Notes: generated by a model not told the origin, from the sequence alone. 63,850 nt of DNA, filler included, from Reclinomonas americana ATCC 50394 (GCA_048213135.1; 19 parts of 19 records of this genome joined end to end with filler, not necessarily neighbours in it); one strand, 5' to 3'. Shown: positions 12,588 to 26,089, numbered from the whole stretch's first letter. A program made the numbers and translations.

Positions 12588-14600
12588 ATACCGGACTCTC
12601 CCAGGGATGCATGCTTATAATTATAATTATAATTATATAATATTGCCGTAATTATGAATGTGGCGCACATTGCTGCAAAGCAGAAATGGCGGGAGCCAGT
12701 GAGTAACGGTCAAACAAGCAATTGACAGGAGGGAGGGGTGCAAAGGGCCAGAACAAAGCACACCAGGGACAACAGCAGAGACCGTTCCCAAGCTCACCTT
12801 TCACCTGCACTCATGGAGTGCGTCGAGCAACGAAGAACACACGACGTCCGTGGGTAAACATTCTGGTACTTAAACACACTTCCAAGCACGCCGACGCAAC
12901 TATTTTTCCTGTTGGTGCGCGCAGTCGTGTGAGTACCACCACCATCAGCGAAAATATACACAGCTCGAACATGATTGGTAGTACGCACATAAAGTCTGGA
13001 GACACTTCTCAGTCATGTTGGCAGCACTCTTGATGGTGCGGAGAATAGGAATGCCATCCACAAGCCGGGAGCAGGCGTCGCGACACACGTACAACACACA
13101 CACACACACACACCATCATGGTCACAGGCTGCTCACTGCGTTTGCAAACAGATGACGAATGAGTCCCAAGTGCACTTGCTACACTTCCACACTGACCGCA
13201 CGCAACCACTCACCGCATCCTGTTATTGACCCGTAACATACATGAAGCACACGAGACGTGTACAGCATGCATGCTGCTTGGTGTGTGTGTGTGTGTGTGC
13301 AGGAGGGACGTGCGCACGGCTCCAATCATCGGCGTGGTGGCTTCCAGATCAGTCCAGTTGGGAGTAGTTTGAGCGAAAGAGCCAGTCGCGTTGCAAGTAA
13401 TAAGAAAAGGGGTCGATAAAGATGAGAGGGGTAGTGGGAAAACAAAAAAGAAGATTGCAGATAGAAACAAGAGAAAGATCTGATATATAAAATAAAAAAA
13501 AATCACACTCGGAGTGTGAGAAACAAAAAGAAGACACACATACACACACACACACTCGAAGATCGCATGTGCACGGTGAGAAAAATGACAAGACTCAAAA
13601 TGAGCACGGCCACGGGTTAGGAGACGGCGCAATAATAATGCAAGTAAAAGTGAGAAAGTGTACAGCCCTCACAATGGAGGGGGAAAATAAAAAAGTAAAC
13701 ATATGAAACAAATAACAACTAACAATAGCCAAACAAGAAGCCAAGATATTAGCTTCGTAGAATACAGCACAGGTCACACCCCACGTGAACCACATGTAAG
13801 GCGCTGCGGCACGGCGTCCATCGCGAACGTTCACCTGGCACCGGCGCTGGCGGCCGTCACTTGGCGCTGTACGTGCGCTGGTACGCGAGTCAGCGTGGTG
13901 AAGATGGAGAACAGATTGCGATGTACGTGCAGTTTGTAGCCGCTGGCTAGGCACCCGGCGCGTTGGCGACGAATACCACATACTGGCTCCGTAGACCGTG
14001 CCATCCGCCGACATTGGCGCCAACGCTCGTCTCACTGCCGCGAAACAAAACCGTCATTCTCACGCAGAGACCGAGACAATTGCAAGAAGGATTGGCGTGA
14101 GAACAACGAAGAAACACGAAAACCAAAGAATGGCAGAAGAGAGGAAAGGGACAGAGAGAGAGAGCAGGAACACAGTGCCGATGAGAGTGAATCACCATCA
14201 TGCTCGACACTTGACAAACACACTAGTGCACTGATAGTCGGGATAGTGCTGCAGCACACAACCGAGCTCAGTGAGAGGGAGGAGAAACGCGGAACATGTG
14301 TGATAATCTCCTCCATACTCCTGTTCCTTTCTCCTTCAATCTCCCTCCCGTTCCAGTTCTCTTTTGCTTTCCACCATTCTCACCTCTTCCACGAGACGCA
14401 CTGTGAACTGTTCCACGGCGATGCAAAGCGGCGATAATCCGACGTCCTGCACCTCCGCACCTCCAACACGCTGTACCCCTGTTTGCGAGTGTGAGTGTGG
14501 ATTCATGAAAACCGATGCTGCACTCAGTTTTTCTCTCATCCTCTCCCTCTCTCTCCCCTTGCTCTCCCTCACCAAAACGCAACATGCAATAGGGCTCCAG

Positions 14601-15261
14601 CTAGCTGTCGTCTAATCGAGCAAGCCGCGCCTTCAGTCGGCCGCAACGAACTAACTGTCCGATTACTCCTTGACCGAGTAGCCACGAGAGGTCCTCGACA
14701 CCTACATCAGCGGCTCGGCGGTGAAGTCGTCGCACACGTTCGTCCAGAACGTGCAGCGCATCGATCATGCGGTCAATCGCGGAGTGCATGTGATCTTCGG
14801 CAATGAGGTCGACGGGGCGTGCCCACGAGCGCTCCAATCGCTCCAGTCGACGATTGCTTCTGTCCAGCGATTTGTAAATGACTTGCAGTTGCGCACCAAT
14901 GTCTGCATCGACATCGTCCGCCGCCGCTGCCGCTGCTGTTGGTGCTGCGCCAGTTCCAAAAAATGGCACCGCTCCAGATCTCGCAGTGTGCGGGGTTGCT
15001 GTCGCTGAAGCCACTGCCCAGGCCGCCGCCGCCGCCGCCGCAGCCGCTCCAGCTCCAGTCACCGCCCGCGGAAAAACAGGTGAGCTTCGTTGCGGATTCG
15101 GGGCAGCAACAGGCCACGCTGCTGATCCTGACGCCTGACCTCCAGACGTATAAGTAGCTGCCAACCGGAACCGCCAGCGCTGCACAGGAGGATTCGTGTC
15201 GACAAGCATCGGCACTGGCAACGGTGCCGCGTCCGTCGGAGCGAGTGGCAAGCCGGCACCC

Positions 15262-15294
<33 letters not shown>

Positions 15295-18200
15295 CCACCA
15301 CCACAACCACCACCACCACCACCACTACCACCACCAGCACCAGCGCCAGTACCAGCACCAGAACCAATGCGGGCCATGAACACGTAGATGCCCAGGATGC
15401 ACGCCGCTGCCTTCATGTCGCGATGGACCCGCAGTCTGCCCAGCAAACAGGCTGGCTGACATTGTGGGCATGTCAGAGCGCGCTTGCCGCCAATCTTCTT
15501 GCCGTATGTGCCTCCGCACATGCATCGCCGGGAGGAGAGGCATTCGGAGACCCGCACAAGAGGCTTCTTTGGCGCAAGTGGATGGGCGTATCGCCGCAGA
15601 TCCAACTGTTGCACCAGTGTGGCAAAGTTGTCGCTCTGGACGCATAGCATCAATCAATCGTTAACAACAATGTAGCAGGCAATCAAACATGACTGAACAT
15701 ACAAACAACACACCTGCAACTCCATGCGACGAACGAGCTGGCCGAACCCAGAGAGTATGTTCAGAGACACAGTCTTCTTGGACGTGGTGCGGCGTCGCCA
15801 GATAACATCACCGGATTCGGTGACGATATTACGCTTTTTCGCATTCATATCGTTCACCCCATGCGAATAGAATGGCATAACCACTGAGGCGTAGCGGCCC
15901 TCTCCACAGTACCTGACAATGCGGAAGAGTGGTCAGCGACACGCTGGCAGGTATAACAGAACAGAGTGTAAAACAACGCACCGACGAGCGATGAAGTTCT
16001 GGTAGCCCTCACGCGTCGTCCGCATCGCATCCCACGCAGCTTGCTTCAGCCTCTCGCACTCGGCACGACATCCACGGTCCATGAAGCGGCCGTATTGCCC
16101 ACAGATTGCGTCCAGCTGTCGAACGTGGTCCGCAAATGGTTTCAGTTGCCTTTCCGCATAGGCGTCGCCCTCCGTGAAGAAATGCAGCCCGTCTGCATAG
16201 AGAGAAGTCGACAATCGCGCAACCAAATCAGCACACGGAACACCAACGGAGCACACATGCAAGCGCACGCACGCACGCACACTCACCCCTGTCCAGTTGC
16301 ACAATGGCAAGCATGTGAACGATACCTGGATCGAACGCGGCCACCGTATTCGCCAAACATTGCCGACGATAGCGGTCCCGAATGGCGGCGTCGCGCCGAC
16401 AAAGAGGGGGGCCGTCGACATTACCAATGGCACTGTCGACTTCAGCAATTGCTGCCGCAGCCCTCGCCAGCTCGCCCAGTTCAGCAGCGATGCGCTCGCC
16501 GCTCCACATTCCTCGCCAGGTTGCCGATTTCTTGCATGACAGCACTGACTGCAAGGTCGGTGAACGGTCTTCCGCGCGACGGATGCTGTCCATCCTGCCG
16601 GCGTTTTCGTCTCTCTGTGCCACAAACAGCGAGCAGACGAGCTCGACAAGCGACATCTGAGACAGCTGTCGCAGTACTGCATGCGTGCGTGGTGACGTAA
16701 ACAGTGAGTCGCTTGCGCCGATGAATAATCGAAAAATCTTTTAACCACTCCACCTTTGCGATCCATCTTCGCTGCACGCAGATCATGTTGAAGCTGCACT
16801 TGTGTCGCGCTCCGCATGTCGTCCGTTCCCGTAAAATTTCTCCATTGCGACCCCGACTTGAGAGCCAGTTCGTACAGCGCTCTGTTGGCTGCCTTTCCAG
16901 CGTACATACTCATACGGGCGGGGTTGTGTTTGAGGGTGGAGAGCTGCCGGATGCGTTGTCGCCTCTTCTGATGGTGTCGTCGGGGCTCGATGAGGAACCT
17001 GAACGCTACCTCCATCAACCGCCCTCTCACACTTGCATTGACATGCCCTTGATTCGATAAAACTATGAATAAGCAGCACGTTAGTTGTCGCACACAAAGA
17101 TGGTGTTCTTTTCGCAAAAAAATCTATATACTGACGCACCAAAGTCAATCGGTGATGCATTCGGCAGATGCCGACCGGTGGCGTCAGACAAGATGTCCAT
17201 GTTTCGTCGAGAAAGCAGAGTTTCTGCGTCGACGCGCGGAATCATTAGTGCGACGTATGGAAGCGCGCAGGATTGATCACACGCAAGAGTCACATACCGC
17301 CCACTTGAGACCGCAGTTCGCGCATGATGAACACGCGAATACAAGCGGTGAAGCACGAGAACAGTGCATCTCGGGCGCGCCAATGTCTAACAGCGAGGGC
17401 GGCGTCTTCGTGGCCCTCCAGTGGCAGTAATTGCACGGCATCACGACTGTGGCACGCCCAGTGCAGCAAGTGATCGAAGCTGTTGGCACCAACGATGCCA
17501 TGGTTGGTTTTGCCGGTCGAGTTTGTCTTCGTCATGCCAGCCAGGAGATCGCGTGCGCTGACTCGATAAAGCCCAGCGCCTGGGGCAGTGTATCGACAAG
17601 CGGCCAGCAGCAGTCGGCACCATTGCAGGTGAGAATTCATCAAGAATTCGGCCACCGTGGTCCCAATCCCAAGTGGCGCGTGGAGATTGGAGGCGAGAAT
17701 GGCGACGTCATCGTGTGCTGGTGGCCGAGTCGACAGCCAGAAAGAACGGACGAGCTCGAGGCCAGCATAGTGTTGTTGGAGGTGGTCAACGGGCGCGGGC
17801 GTGGTGAGGAGTTCATCAATGGCACGCCCAAGTTTCTCAAGCTCTTCCACGACCACTTGGATCGCGTTTTGAAAAACAGTGTTCACACCGGCAACCGTGG
17901 GATCGTCAACATCTGCGCGTATTCAGCGCATACAGCAACGGAGTGAATTCCATGCAAAGGAAACTAAAGACAAATACAGGTAAATGGTACTCAACTCCCT
18001 GGGCGTGCCCGTGGCTTCATCTGTCGCCACGCGGTTGGGAATCGGTTGCCACCAACCACAGCGGTGTAGTTGGCGCGTAGCAAGCCCACGGCGTGCTTCG
18101 CCCACTCGAACAGGGACACAAGGAAGTCGCGGGCGGATGCAGCAAGTCTTTCTTCGCAGCACTCGACATCCACCAGCTGTTGTGATAGTAGCAAAAACCT

Positions 18201-21200
18201 GGCGGCTGCATGAACCAAACAGCGCAGTGAGACAATATACCAATAGCAATTAGAGACGTGCGCATTAACACAAACCCATGCGATCCTGCACCGTTTCCAC
18301 TTGACTTGCCAGTGTGGGCGTCACCCAGCTCGCATGCGGCAACAATCCAACAGTCGCCACCCACGCGCCACAACCAATTGCGGTCCGCAACGCGGTGAGA
18401 ACGCCACGAAAATCGTCATTGGTGTGGGCAAGGGGTCGAACACGCTCCTGGACTAACCAGCGCACCGCCAGAGGGCCAACGTCAACAAGATTCGCAATGA
18501 ACTCAACGCTGGTCCGGATGCGTGTACGTGAATCAGCAGCAGCAGCCGGTGGCATCGGTGTGATAAATTTCGCACAAAGAACGTCCACACAGTCCTTGAG
18601 ATACTCCACATTAACAGCAGCAGTAGTGTCCGTCCGCGCCCACGCCGGTAACCCGTCACCAAATGCAGCACTCACGTCCACGCGCATCAACCGGCTGAGC
18701 ACAAAGATATTGGCCCTCGTCTCAGATGCGAGACACACGCAGGTGACGAGTTCATCCCCACACGACTCTGCAAGTCTCTTTTTGGCGTAGTCAACGCCGC
18801 CATCGTGATCGTCATCCCAGGAGCAATAACCCGCAAGTGTCAGCAGCAGTCGCGCTCCCTCGGCGGTCAGCTCCACCAGCCGCTTTTGGTAACAGGAAAG
18901 TAACGCGGAGAGGCATCGGTCGCGGTCGCCGACGGCACTCCCATATGCATTTGCGCCGCCACCGTCACTGGCACCATCCTTCCCGTCACTGCCGCTCCCA
19001 CTTGCGCCGTCGCCGTCACTGTCACTGGAGCTAGCACCGGCACTCCAGCTGTCACCCTCACTGGCACTGGCACCGTCACTGTCTATGTCGGTGCTGGACT
19101 CCAGAAATTGCAGCATATCACACAAGACAGCAACTTCCGCCAATCGCTTCCCGCATGCAACTTGAGAGACGTTTCCTGCGTGTCACCCCAGGTGTTTCCA
19201 ATGTGAGTCATAGACGCGTTGTGTGGTGCACCAGACTCGAAGTGCACAGAAACTCACCCTGCACGACACGGTCAAGCATGCGCGCGACGTTGAACACTGT
19301 CGCAGTTGACATTCCGAATGCTTCCGCAAATATCCGAGGACACTGCTCGCGCAACAATCGCACGGCGGTCTCTGTACACGTGGTCCGTGCTGATGAGCTC
19401 AAATCAACCCTCACAGCAGCTGGGGGAGCCACCGCTGCTGCTGCTGCTGATGGTGCCGAGTCACTGGCCACGAGCAGTGCGCCATGACACGACTGGTAAA
19501 GCCCAAAGAGAGCAATTGCCGCTTGCACTCGCAGAGTCCCGGCATCCAGGCATAGTGTCTCCACACTCGACAGATCAGCCGTTGAGGAGAGCAACTGATC
19601 CTGCCGCGTTTGCTTCGCCAAGTGGCGGACCTTCTCCTTGCTGCACCCCACACAAGGATACGCAAGGTCAAATGACTGAAGAAGGGGTACGCGAATCCAA
19701 CTTCACGCACACGACGGCAATGTTGTTCCTGAGATTAGGATCATCTCGGTCGCCGGCAGTTGGTACTCCTAGCTGGTCGACCACGCGATCCAGCTGGCGC
19801 TGAGTGGCGCTGGCGCTGGCGTCACCGCTTACGAATGCGACGCAGTCCAGCGGTTGCATTGATGCAGCATGGAGGAATGCCGCTCGTGAGCAACGCGACA
19901 CCCGATACTTGTTGTCAACGAGAGACGTAAGCAGGTACACAGCTGTGCATGGTGTGCGGAGGAGTAAGCAATGGGAAGACACAAAAATCAGCAAGAAAGT
20001 GATAAACCTTTCTTTGATAACTGGTCAAAGTCCGGCGCCGTCGACTCTGTGGTGCCCTTCTTCTCCGCCTCCTCGTCCTCCACCACCTCCTCCTCCTCGA
20101 CCTTCTCCTCGTCGATATCATCGATATCGTCACCCACTGTCAGAGCATCAGCGACCGGGCAAGCAATAGTCACTTCGTCTGCTCCCTCCCCTTCCTGCTC
20201 CTCCTCCTCGTCCTCCTCCTCCTCGTCTGCATAAACGCGACTCCCGCCATCTCCGGCCGGCCGGCGTGGCGCCGGATCCGGGGCAGTCGTCGCAAACAAC
20301 AGCGGCCACTCGGCCACTGGCATGCGAACCAGCTGATCGGCCTGCTCCCGCATGGCAGTCGTCACAACTCCAACAAGACGCGCGTCGCCTGCGCCTCCTG
20401 CCTGAGCAACGGTGACGGCGGCTTCGGCAGAGTTCACGAAATGCTGGGCGCAAGCGCGCACTGTGCTGCTGCACTCCTCCTCCGACGTCGCGACCGGACT
20501 GTCGGCGATGACCACGGCCAGCCTGTCGAGTGCTTCTCCGAGAGTGTACACGACATCCTCGCATTCCATGTCCAAGATGCTCACACCTGCATTGCGTTGG
20601 CGCGTCAGCTCCGACATACTGGTATCGGCGACACAAGAGTCGACTCTCACCATCACTTGCACGCGCAGCTGGAGATGGAATCGAGACGGGCTTGCCAAGT
20701 GCAGCGTTCTCGTGCTGAACACGACAGGCTTTGACAACGCGAAAAATCTTCGCCCATCCTCGCGCTAAAGTGGTGGAAAATGAGCAGACTGCGGACACAC
20801 ACACGTGCGCTCACGAGCATTACTCACAGAGCACATCCTGGAGATGATGCATCTTGGATCTTGCGGTGACAAGTGACCCGAGTGCGTGTTGGACGATCTC
20901 GCTCGCCTGTGACGCAGCGTGCAATCCCAACTCTTCAAACTCGTTGTCACGCTCCGAATTCACGCGCGCGAAAGCAAGAAGGTCTGCACATGAGCGAAAT
21001 GAGTGACAAACCACAAGAACATGCACCCATTCGAAATCCACAAACCAAGTTCGTTACTTCTCATGTCGGACAATAGATATACGTATTCGTTGAATGCCGT
21101 AGAAAGAGTGCTGCTGACCTTGTCCAAACTGGCCTGCTGTTCTTGAGTGGCGTTGCGAAAAAGTGACGATTCGCCGAGGAGAAGATTTCTCCCCGCCGTG

Positions 21201-21273
21201 TCCACACAATCGGGAGGGTTCAGACAGTACGCGAGGCATATGGCATTGCCGATAGCACTCCACACATTAGCCA
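14601..21273 (-). CDS. Giant intron-containing Fanzor2/TnpB-like RuvC nuclease fusion protein (at least ~1,876 aa, 5'-partial)
   Basis: Exons 21273-21058, 20983-20828, 20764-20651, 20586-20008, 19942-19711, 19640-19258, 19175-18276, 18205-17996, 17912-17298, 17223-17140, 17062-16754, 16676-16287, 16192-15982, 15912-15714, 15635-14601. All 14 introns are GT..AG and the frame is preserved. RuvC-I VAAFDPG (D 16330-16332), VVMPFY (P 15873-15875), VSECLSS (E 15543-15545), CMCG..CPQC zinc finger, HRDMKAA (D 15417-15419). Confidence 0.8.
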
Positions 21274-21292
21274 CTGCAGATTATTCAATGAG

Positions 21293-21409
<117 letters not shown>

Positions 21410-21523
21410 NNNNNNNNNNNNNNNNNNNNNNNNNNNNNNNNNNNNNNNNNNNNTTAATTAATTAANNNNNNNNNNNNNNNNNNNNNNNNNNNNNNNNNNN
21501 NNNNNNNNNCCTCTCTCTCTCTC

Positions 21524-21568
<45 letters not shown>

Positions 21569-21589
21569 CTAATCTCAGCCCCTGCACAC

Positions 21590-24500
21590 CTGAAGAGTTG
21601 AAAAGAAATCCGCAATCCCTTCGTCCGATACATAGCACCGCTGTGACATGGGCACATCGGCGTGGCCCCGACTGCTGGCACTCGTGTCGTCGGCGACGCG
21701 TACGGAGCCTTCCCACGGTCGGTTGGAATGACTCAGTCGATTAAATGTGGGGTTATCCACTCTTGATGAGTGCGGCGCGTTGTGCCGACTTCGCTCGGAA
21801 GCCACGCGGATTGTAACAACGTTCACAAGTGAAACAACAGCGTCGCCCCCCTCACTCAGAAGACGAGAAGCCGGCCTCCCATCAATGCTGACGTGAAAAG
21901 CAACGGTGACTTGTGAGTCTCCCAAAGAGACCAACTGTTGCTTGTTCTTGTGTTTCACAGCATCCAGTTTGATGTCGAGGTTGTTTTTGAACAAACTGTG
22001 GAAAGAGTCAACGCCAATACAATCAAACGGTAGAAGCGCCGGGTAGCCCAAACGTAATGTCACCGGCATCGGAGTAAGTGATATTTAACGCTGGACATCT
22101 TGTGACAAAGTGCATCTCCTCCCTCGCACCGAAGAAAAGCATGGTCTCGTGCGTAGGTGTCCCGACACTACGGTAGCGAACGAGAGTGATGGGTCAAGTG
22201 ACAAAAATACACCGAACCAATCCAACTTAAGCTTACCGGCGACCGGTGACCCTGCTGGCACCCTTCGCATGAGCGATCGTTTCGACGACCATCTGCCGCA
22301 CGACTTCTTGCATACGTGTAAGATCAAAGAAGAATGCGTCGCACGCGTGTACTGGGGGCTTTGACGTGGTCCTGCACATGCCAGGCAGACCAACCAATCA
22401 GCAGACCAACATACATGCGTCAACAGTTCGTGATACTCAACGCACCGGCGAGGCCGCCCATCGTTTCTAGGTTGTTCCCTGGAAGAGTCCGAGAAGATAA
22501 ACTCGTAACGTGAATCGATGGTGGTGCTCGAGTAGGTCGCGGCTTCGCTGATGAACGTGACGAATTGCTTGCCGTGGGGAATGGCATCAAGGACCGCATA
22601 GAACGGAGACTCCTTAAACGCCTCAAATATCCGTGACAAGGTGCACTGGTCACCTGCCTGCCTGAGAAAGCAGGCAACTGTCGCCGCCGAGAACAGCGAG
22701 TTTGGCGTAGTTGTCAAAACAATCAGCTGCGCACAAATGTAGAAATGAGCGGAACGCGAGATAATCGAAGGAGACACGGGAATAAAGGCGAGGATGAAGG
22801 GCAACTGAATGAGGAGGCAGTGGAGCGGGAAAGGGAAAGGCAATGGCAGCATAGGTAAGGCGAAGAAGAGATGAGCAGCAAGTAGGCGCGAAGACAGGGG
22901 AAGGGAAAGGAAACAGACAACACGTGGAGGTGGCGAGGCCGAGACAAGTTGGAAGAAGGCAAGAATAAAGCATAAGTAATGAGAGAGAGTGAGAGAGTGG
23001 GGTGGGGTGGGGAGGAGGAGATTTCGTCAACAAAGTGCGCGTGTGTGATAAAGACAGAGAGAGAGAGAGAGAAGACGAGCGACAGGAAGGCTCTCACCCC
23101 CTTCCTCCATCCCACATGCACGCACCTTGTTGCCCACGACTCTCCCAAACATCGTGCACACCGAGTAAGCCAGCTTCACGCACTCTTCCACCAGGCAGTA
23201 CCACAATACTTTTCTCGTCTGGGGCTTGTCTCTGTCGCGATTGAGCCCTTTCTGCTTGCCTAACCACAGCAATGTCGTTGACGGCATCTGTTTGTGTGCG
23301 TGCGCGCGCGTCAGTTATGCGTCGTCACACGCACTGGAGCACAACCAAATGGCACACGCACCGCCCGTCTTCCTCTTCCTTTCTTCTTTTCGTCTCCATC
23401 ATCATCGTCGCTGTCCGAGTCTTTAGCGGCAGCAGAGGATTTGGTCTGTATGGGCACATGTGGCGAAAAGTGAGCGGCACACATGCAACAGGAAGGTCAC
23501 GGGACATGCACGGACCTCTGTCGCCTCGTCGTCAGCAAGCAGGACAAACGGTCGTGTTCCTTCCCTGCGCCTGAGCGCCTCTGCAGTTGGCATGCCAGGT
23601 GTGTGCGTGGTTTCTTGCGAGCCGGACTCCAGAGATGCTCTCGTAGAGCCCGGTGGAAGAACTCTTGTCCGTTCGAGCTCTCTGAAAAGCTGGCCAACCC
23701 TACCACTTTTCATCGTCGCCCCAGCGGCAGCCATTGTCTCACAGTCGGCAGGTTTCCTCCCGAAAAGGTACACGGGCGCAGAATCTCCACTGCACCAGAT
23801 GAATGATATTCAGCATGAAAACACAAGATTGAAAGCACATGATGACGTCGTGGAAGTACCTCCAGGAAACTGTCGCGCACCATGCCGACGGCAAAGGCAC
23901 CACAGCTGGCAGAAACACTCCACTTCACATCACGCAAGGTCAGTGTGCGCCGTGGAAGCAATGCGCATGCATGCGCGACAGACTGCAAGTCATTGTTGCC
24001 AAACCTTTCTGCTCGACGAATCAGTGTCTGGTTGATGCACTGCCAAATCTCTTTGACAGTCCAACGTGCCATTGTCGCAGCAGCAACGCAATCCACCGGA
24101 GTGGGGGCTAACCAAGGTACAGGCGTGATGGCGTCGGCACGAGCGCGGTCCACGTCCGTTTTGTACTGCCACAGCAGCAACACACGTGCCAGCTTTCGAC
24201 ATTCCGCGTGCAAGGGCTCGTTGCTCGGCTCGTCCGTCCACCTAAGCGCACCAAAGGCCGCATCCATGGCAGACAACGTCCTTCGCGCGTCCTCAAGGAA
24301 CGTCAAGTACGTCGGATTCCTCATTTCCCGCTCTGGGGCTGGCGCTGGATCGGCACTGCCACTCGCGCCGGTGTCGTCAGCTGCCGCCGCCACTGTTGTC
24401 GGAGTTGACTGGGACTCGAGGAGAGTACTGCCACAGAACACAGGTTTGGTGATTTGAGACAGGAGTGCAGCGATCCACGCATTTCACGCACCCCTGACAC

Positions 24501-24624
24501 AAGACGAGCAGCACTATCAAGAAGGCCATCTCCGCCCTTGGAACGCGGGGGTTGTGACGCTTGCTTGAATTTCCAAGCTTGGGACTACCGACATCGAGAA
24601 GAGCGCAAGCGCGTGGAATGCGTT
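21590..24624 (-). CDS. Multi-exon minus-strand coding region, probably upstream exons of the Fanzor-like gene
   Basis: Splice-compatible exons such as ERIPRAC..LCQG|TLLESQ.. and MPSTTLLW..VGNK|LIVLTTT..GRPRR|TTSKPPVHACDAFFFDL. The donor at 21589 and the acceptor at 21274 flank the gap. Confidence 0.55.
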
Positions 24625-24847
24625 CTGTCAAATAATCAAGTTAGTGAAAGGAAGCCAAGAGAGAGAGAGAGAGAGGAGGGAGAGAGAGAGTGCACAAGAC
24701 AAGTCGACTACTCCTTCTCTGCATGAACTCTCTCTCTCTCTCTCTCTNNNNNNNNNNNNNNNNNNNNNNNNNNNNNNNNNNNNNNNNNNNNTTAATTAAT
24801 TAANNNNNNNNNNNNNNNNNNNNNNNNNNNNNNNNNNNNNNNNNNNN

Positions 24848-26089
24848 TTTCCACGTCGCTCCATCAGAACACTGGAATGGAAACTCGTCCGAGCACTGTC
24901 TTAGAATCAAGTGTGATTTCCACAACAGCCGTCGTTGACGGATGTCTCGGCCACACCAAAAGGCAAGGAAGAGCTGAGCCACATCTGCTGCTGGTTCACC
25001 CCAAACGCTGACATTTTTCTACCGTGCAAAGCACTGTTTGTCAGCGCTACTGCAGACAACAATCAAACATGAATTGGCGCAACTGAGGGATACGGATGGC
25101 TGTCAAACAACCACAATTGCACCACAGTTCGTTTGACTCCGTTGGACCCCACCTGCCACATGCGCAAGAGTACACGTTGGCAACGCGATCGCGAGATACA
25201 TGCCAGCACAAACGACAGTGGATGATGATCAACAACTCAACGACATCCCACGAATTCAGCACCTTGGCAATCACGTCCGCGCCGTTGACAACAGCGCACA
25301 CAAATGAGTTCTTCCAGAGAGCGACGCGCTTGCCGCCACCAAGGGTCGAATATGTGACAAGAGCATGCATCTCGAGCTCCTTCGTCTTCACTCGCGCCCC
25401 TGTCATGGGCCCGCGACGAACAACACTGCCGGGTGTCTGTGGAGGTGCGGCGGTCGTTGGTCACGGGGAGCGGAAGACACACACGCAGGGCTCATCGTAA
25501 ACACACAATACCTTGCCAACAACATGCAAGTGCACGTGACGAGGTGTGAGACTATCCAGTGCACGTGTGCCAGGCAATGGCCTGGTTGCTCGTTGAAACG
25601 CTTCACGCTCTCCACATACTCCGACGCCGCCAGCTCATAGGCTCGACTTGCAAGACCCTAGTTTTCTCACACACTCTCCTGTCACTCACGCACAGCCGTG
25701 CACTCATGGAACCGGAAACACACAGAGAGAGAGAGAGAGAAATGAGTGCGTATATCTCGTCCCTGCTCCCTGCAGAGTTGCCGCTGTGGATGTGAATTAA
25801 ATGTGCCGGTCAATGCGTGTGTGTGTGTCAATCTGAACTGGCAGAGGGCAGAAAAGGCGGGAGTGCTCGCATTTCCTTTCTAAGCAGAATCCTTTTTTGT
25901 AGAGGAGAACCTGACTGACTGTTTCTGTCGCAAGGCGAAAGTTGCTGTGATCAATGTCGAATGTGAGTGGTATTGAAGTCTGCTTTGCTGATCCTTTTGC
26001 TTGCCAGGGCGACTGTTGAAGTCGATTGCGAGACAGGTGTCCCACGAGCCCACTCGCCCACTCTTCACGATCCTTCACCCTCGCTCACG
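24848..26089 (-). CDS. Minus-strand exon fragments of a hypothetical protein (possibly further upstream exons of the same gene)
   Basis: ORFs 25797-26078, 25047-25406 and 24848-24982 lie on the same strand; splicing not resolved. Confidence 0.3.

Noticed and set aside
12700..14190. Possible further minus-strand exons (e.g. ORF 13595-14035)
   Set aside because: Splice signals are present but I could not build a consistent frame or recognise a product.
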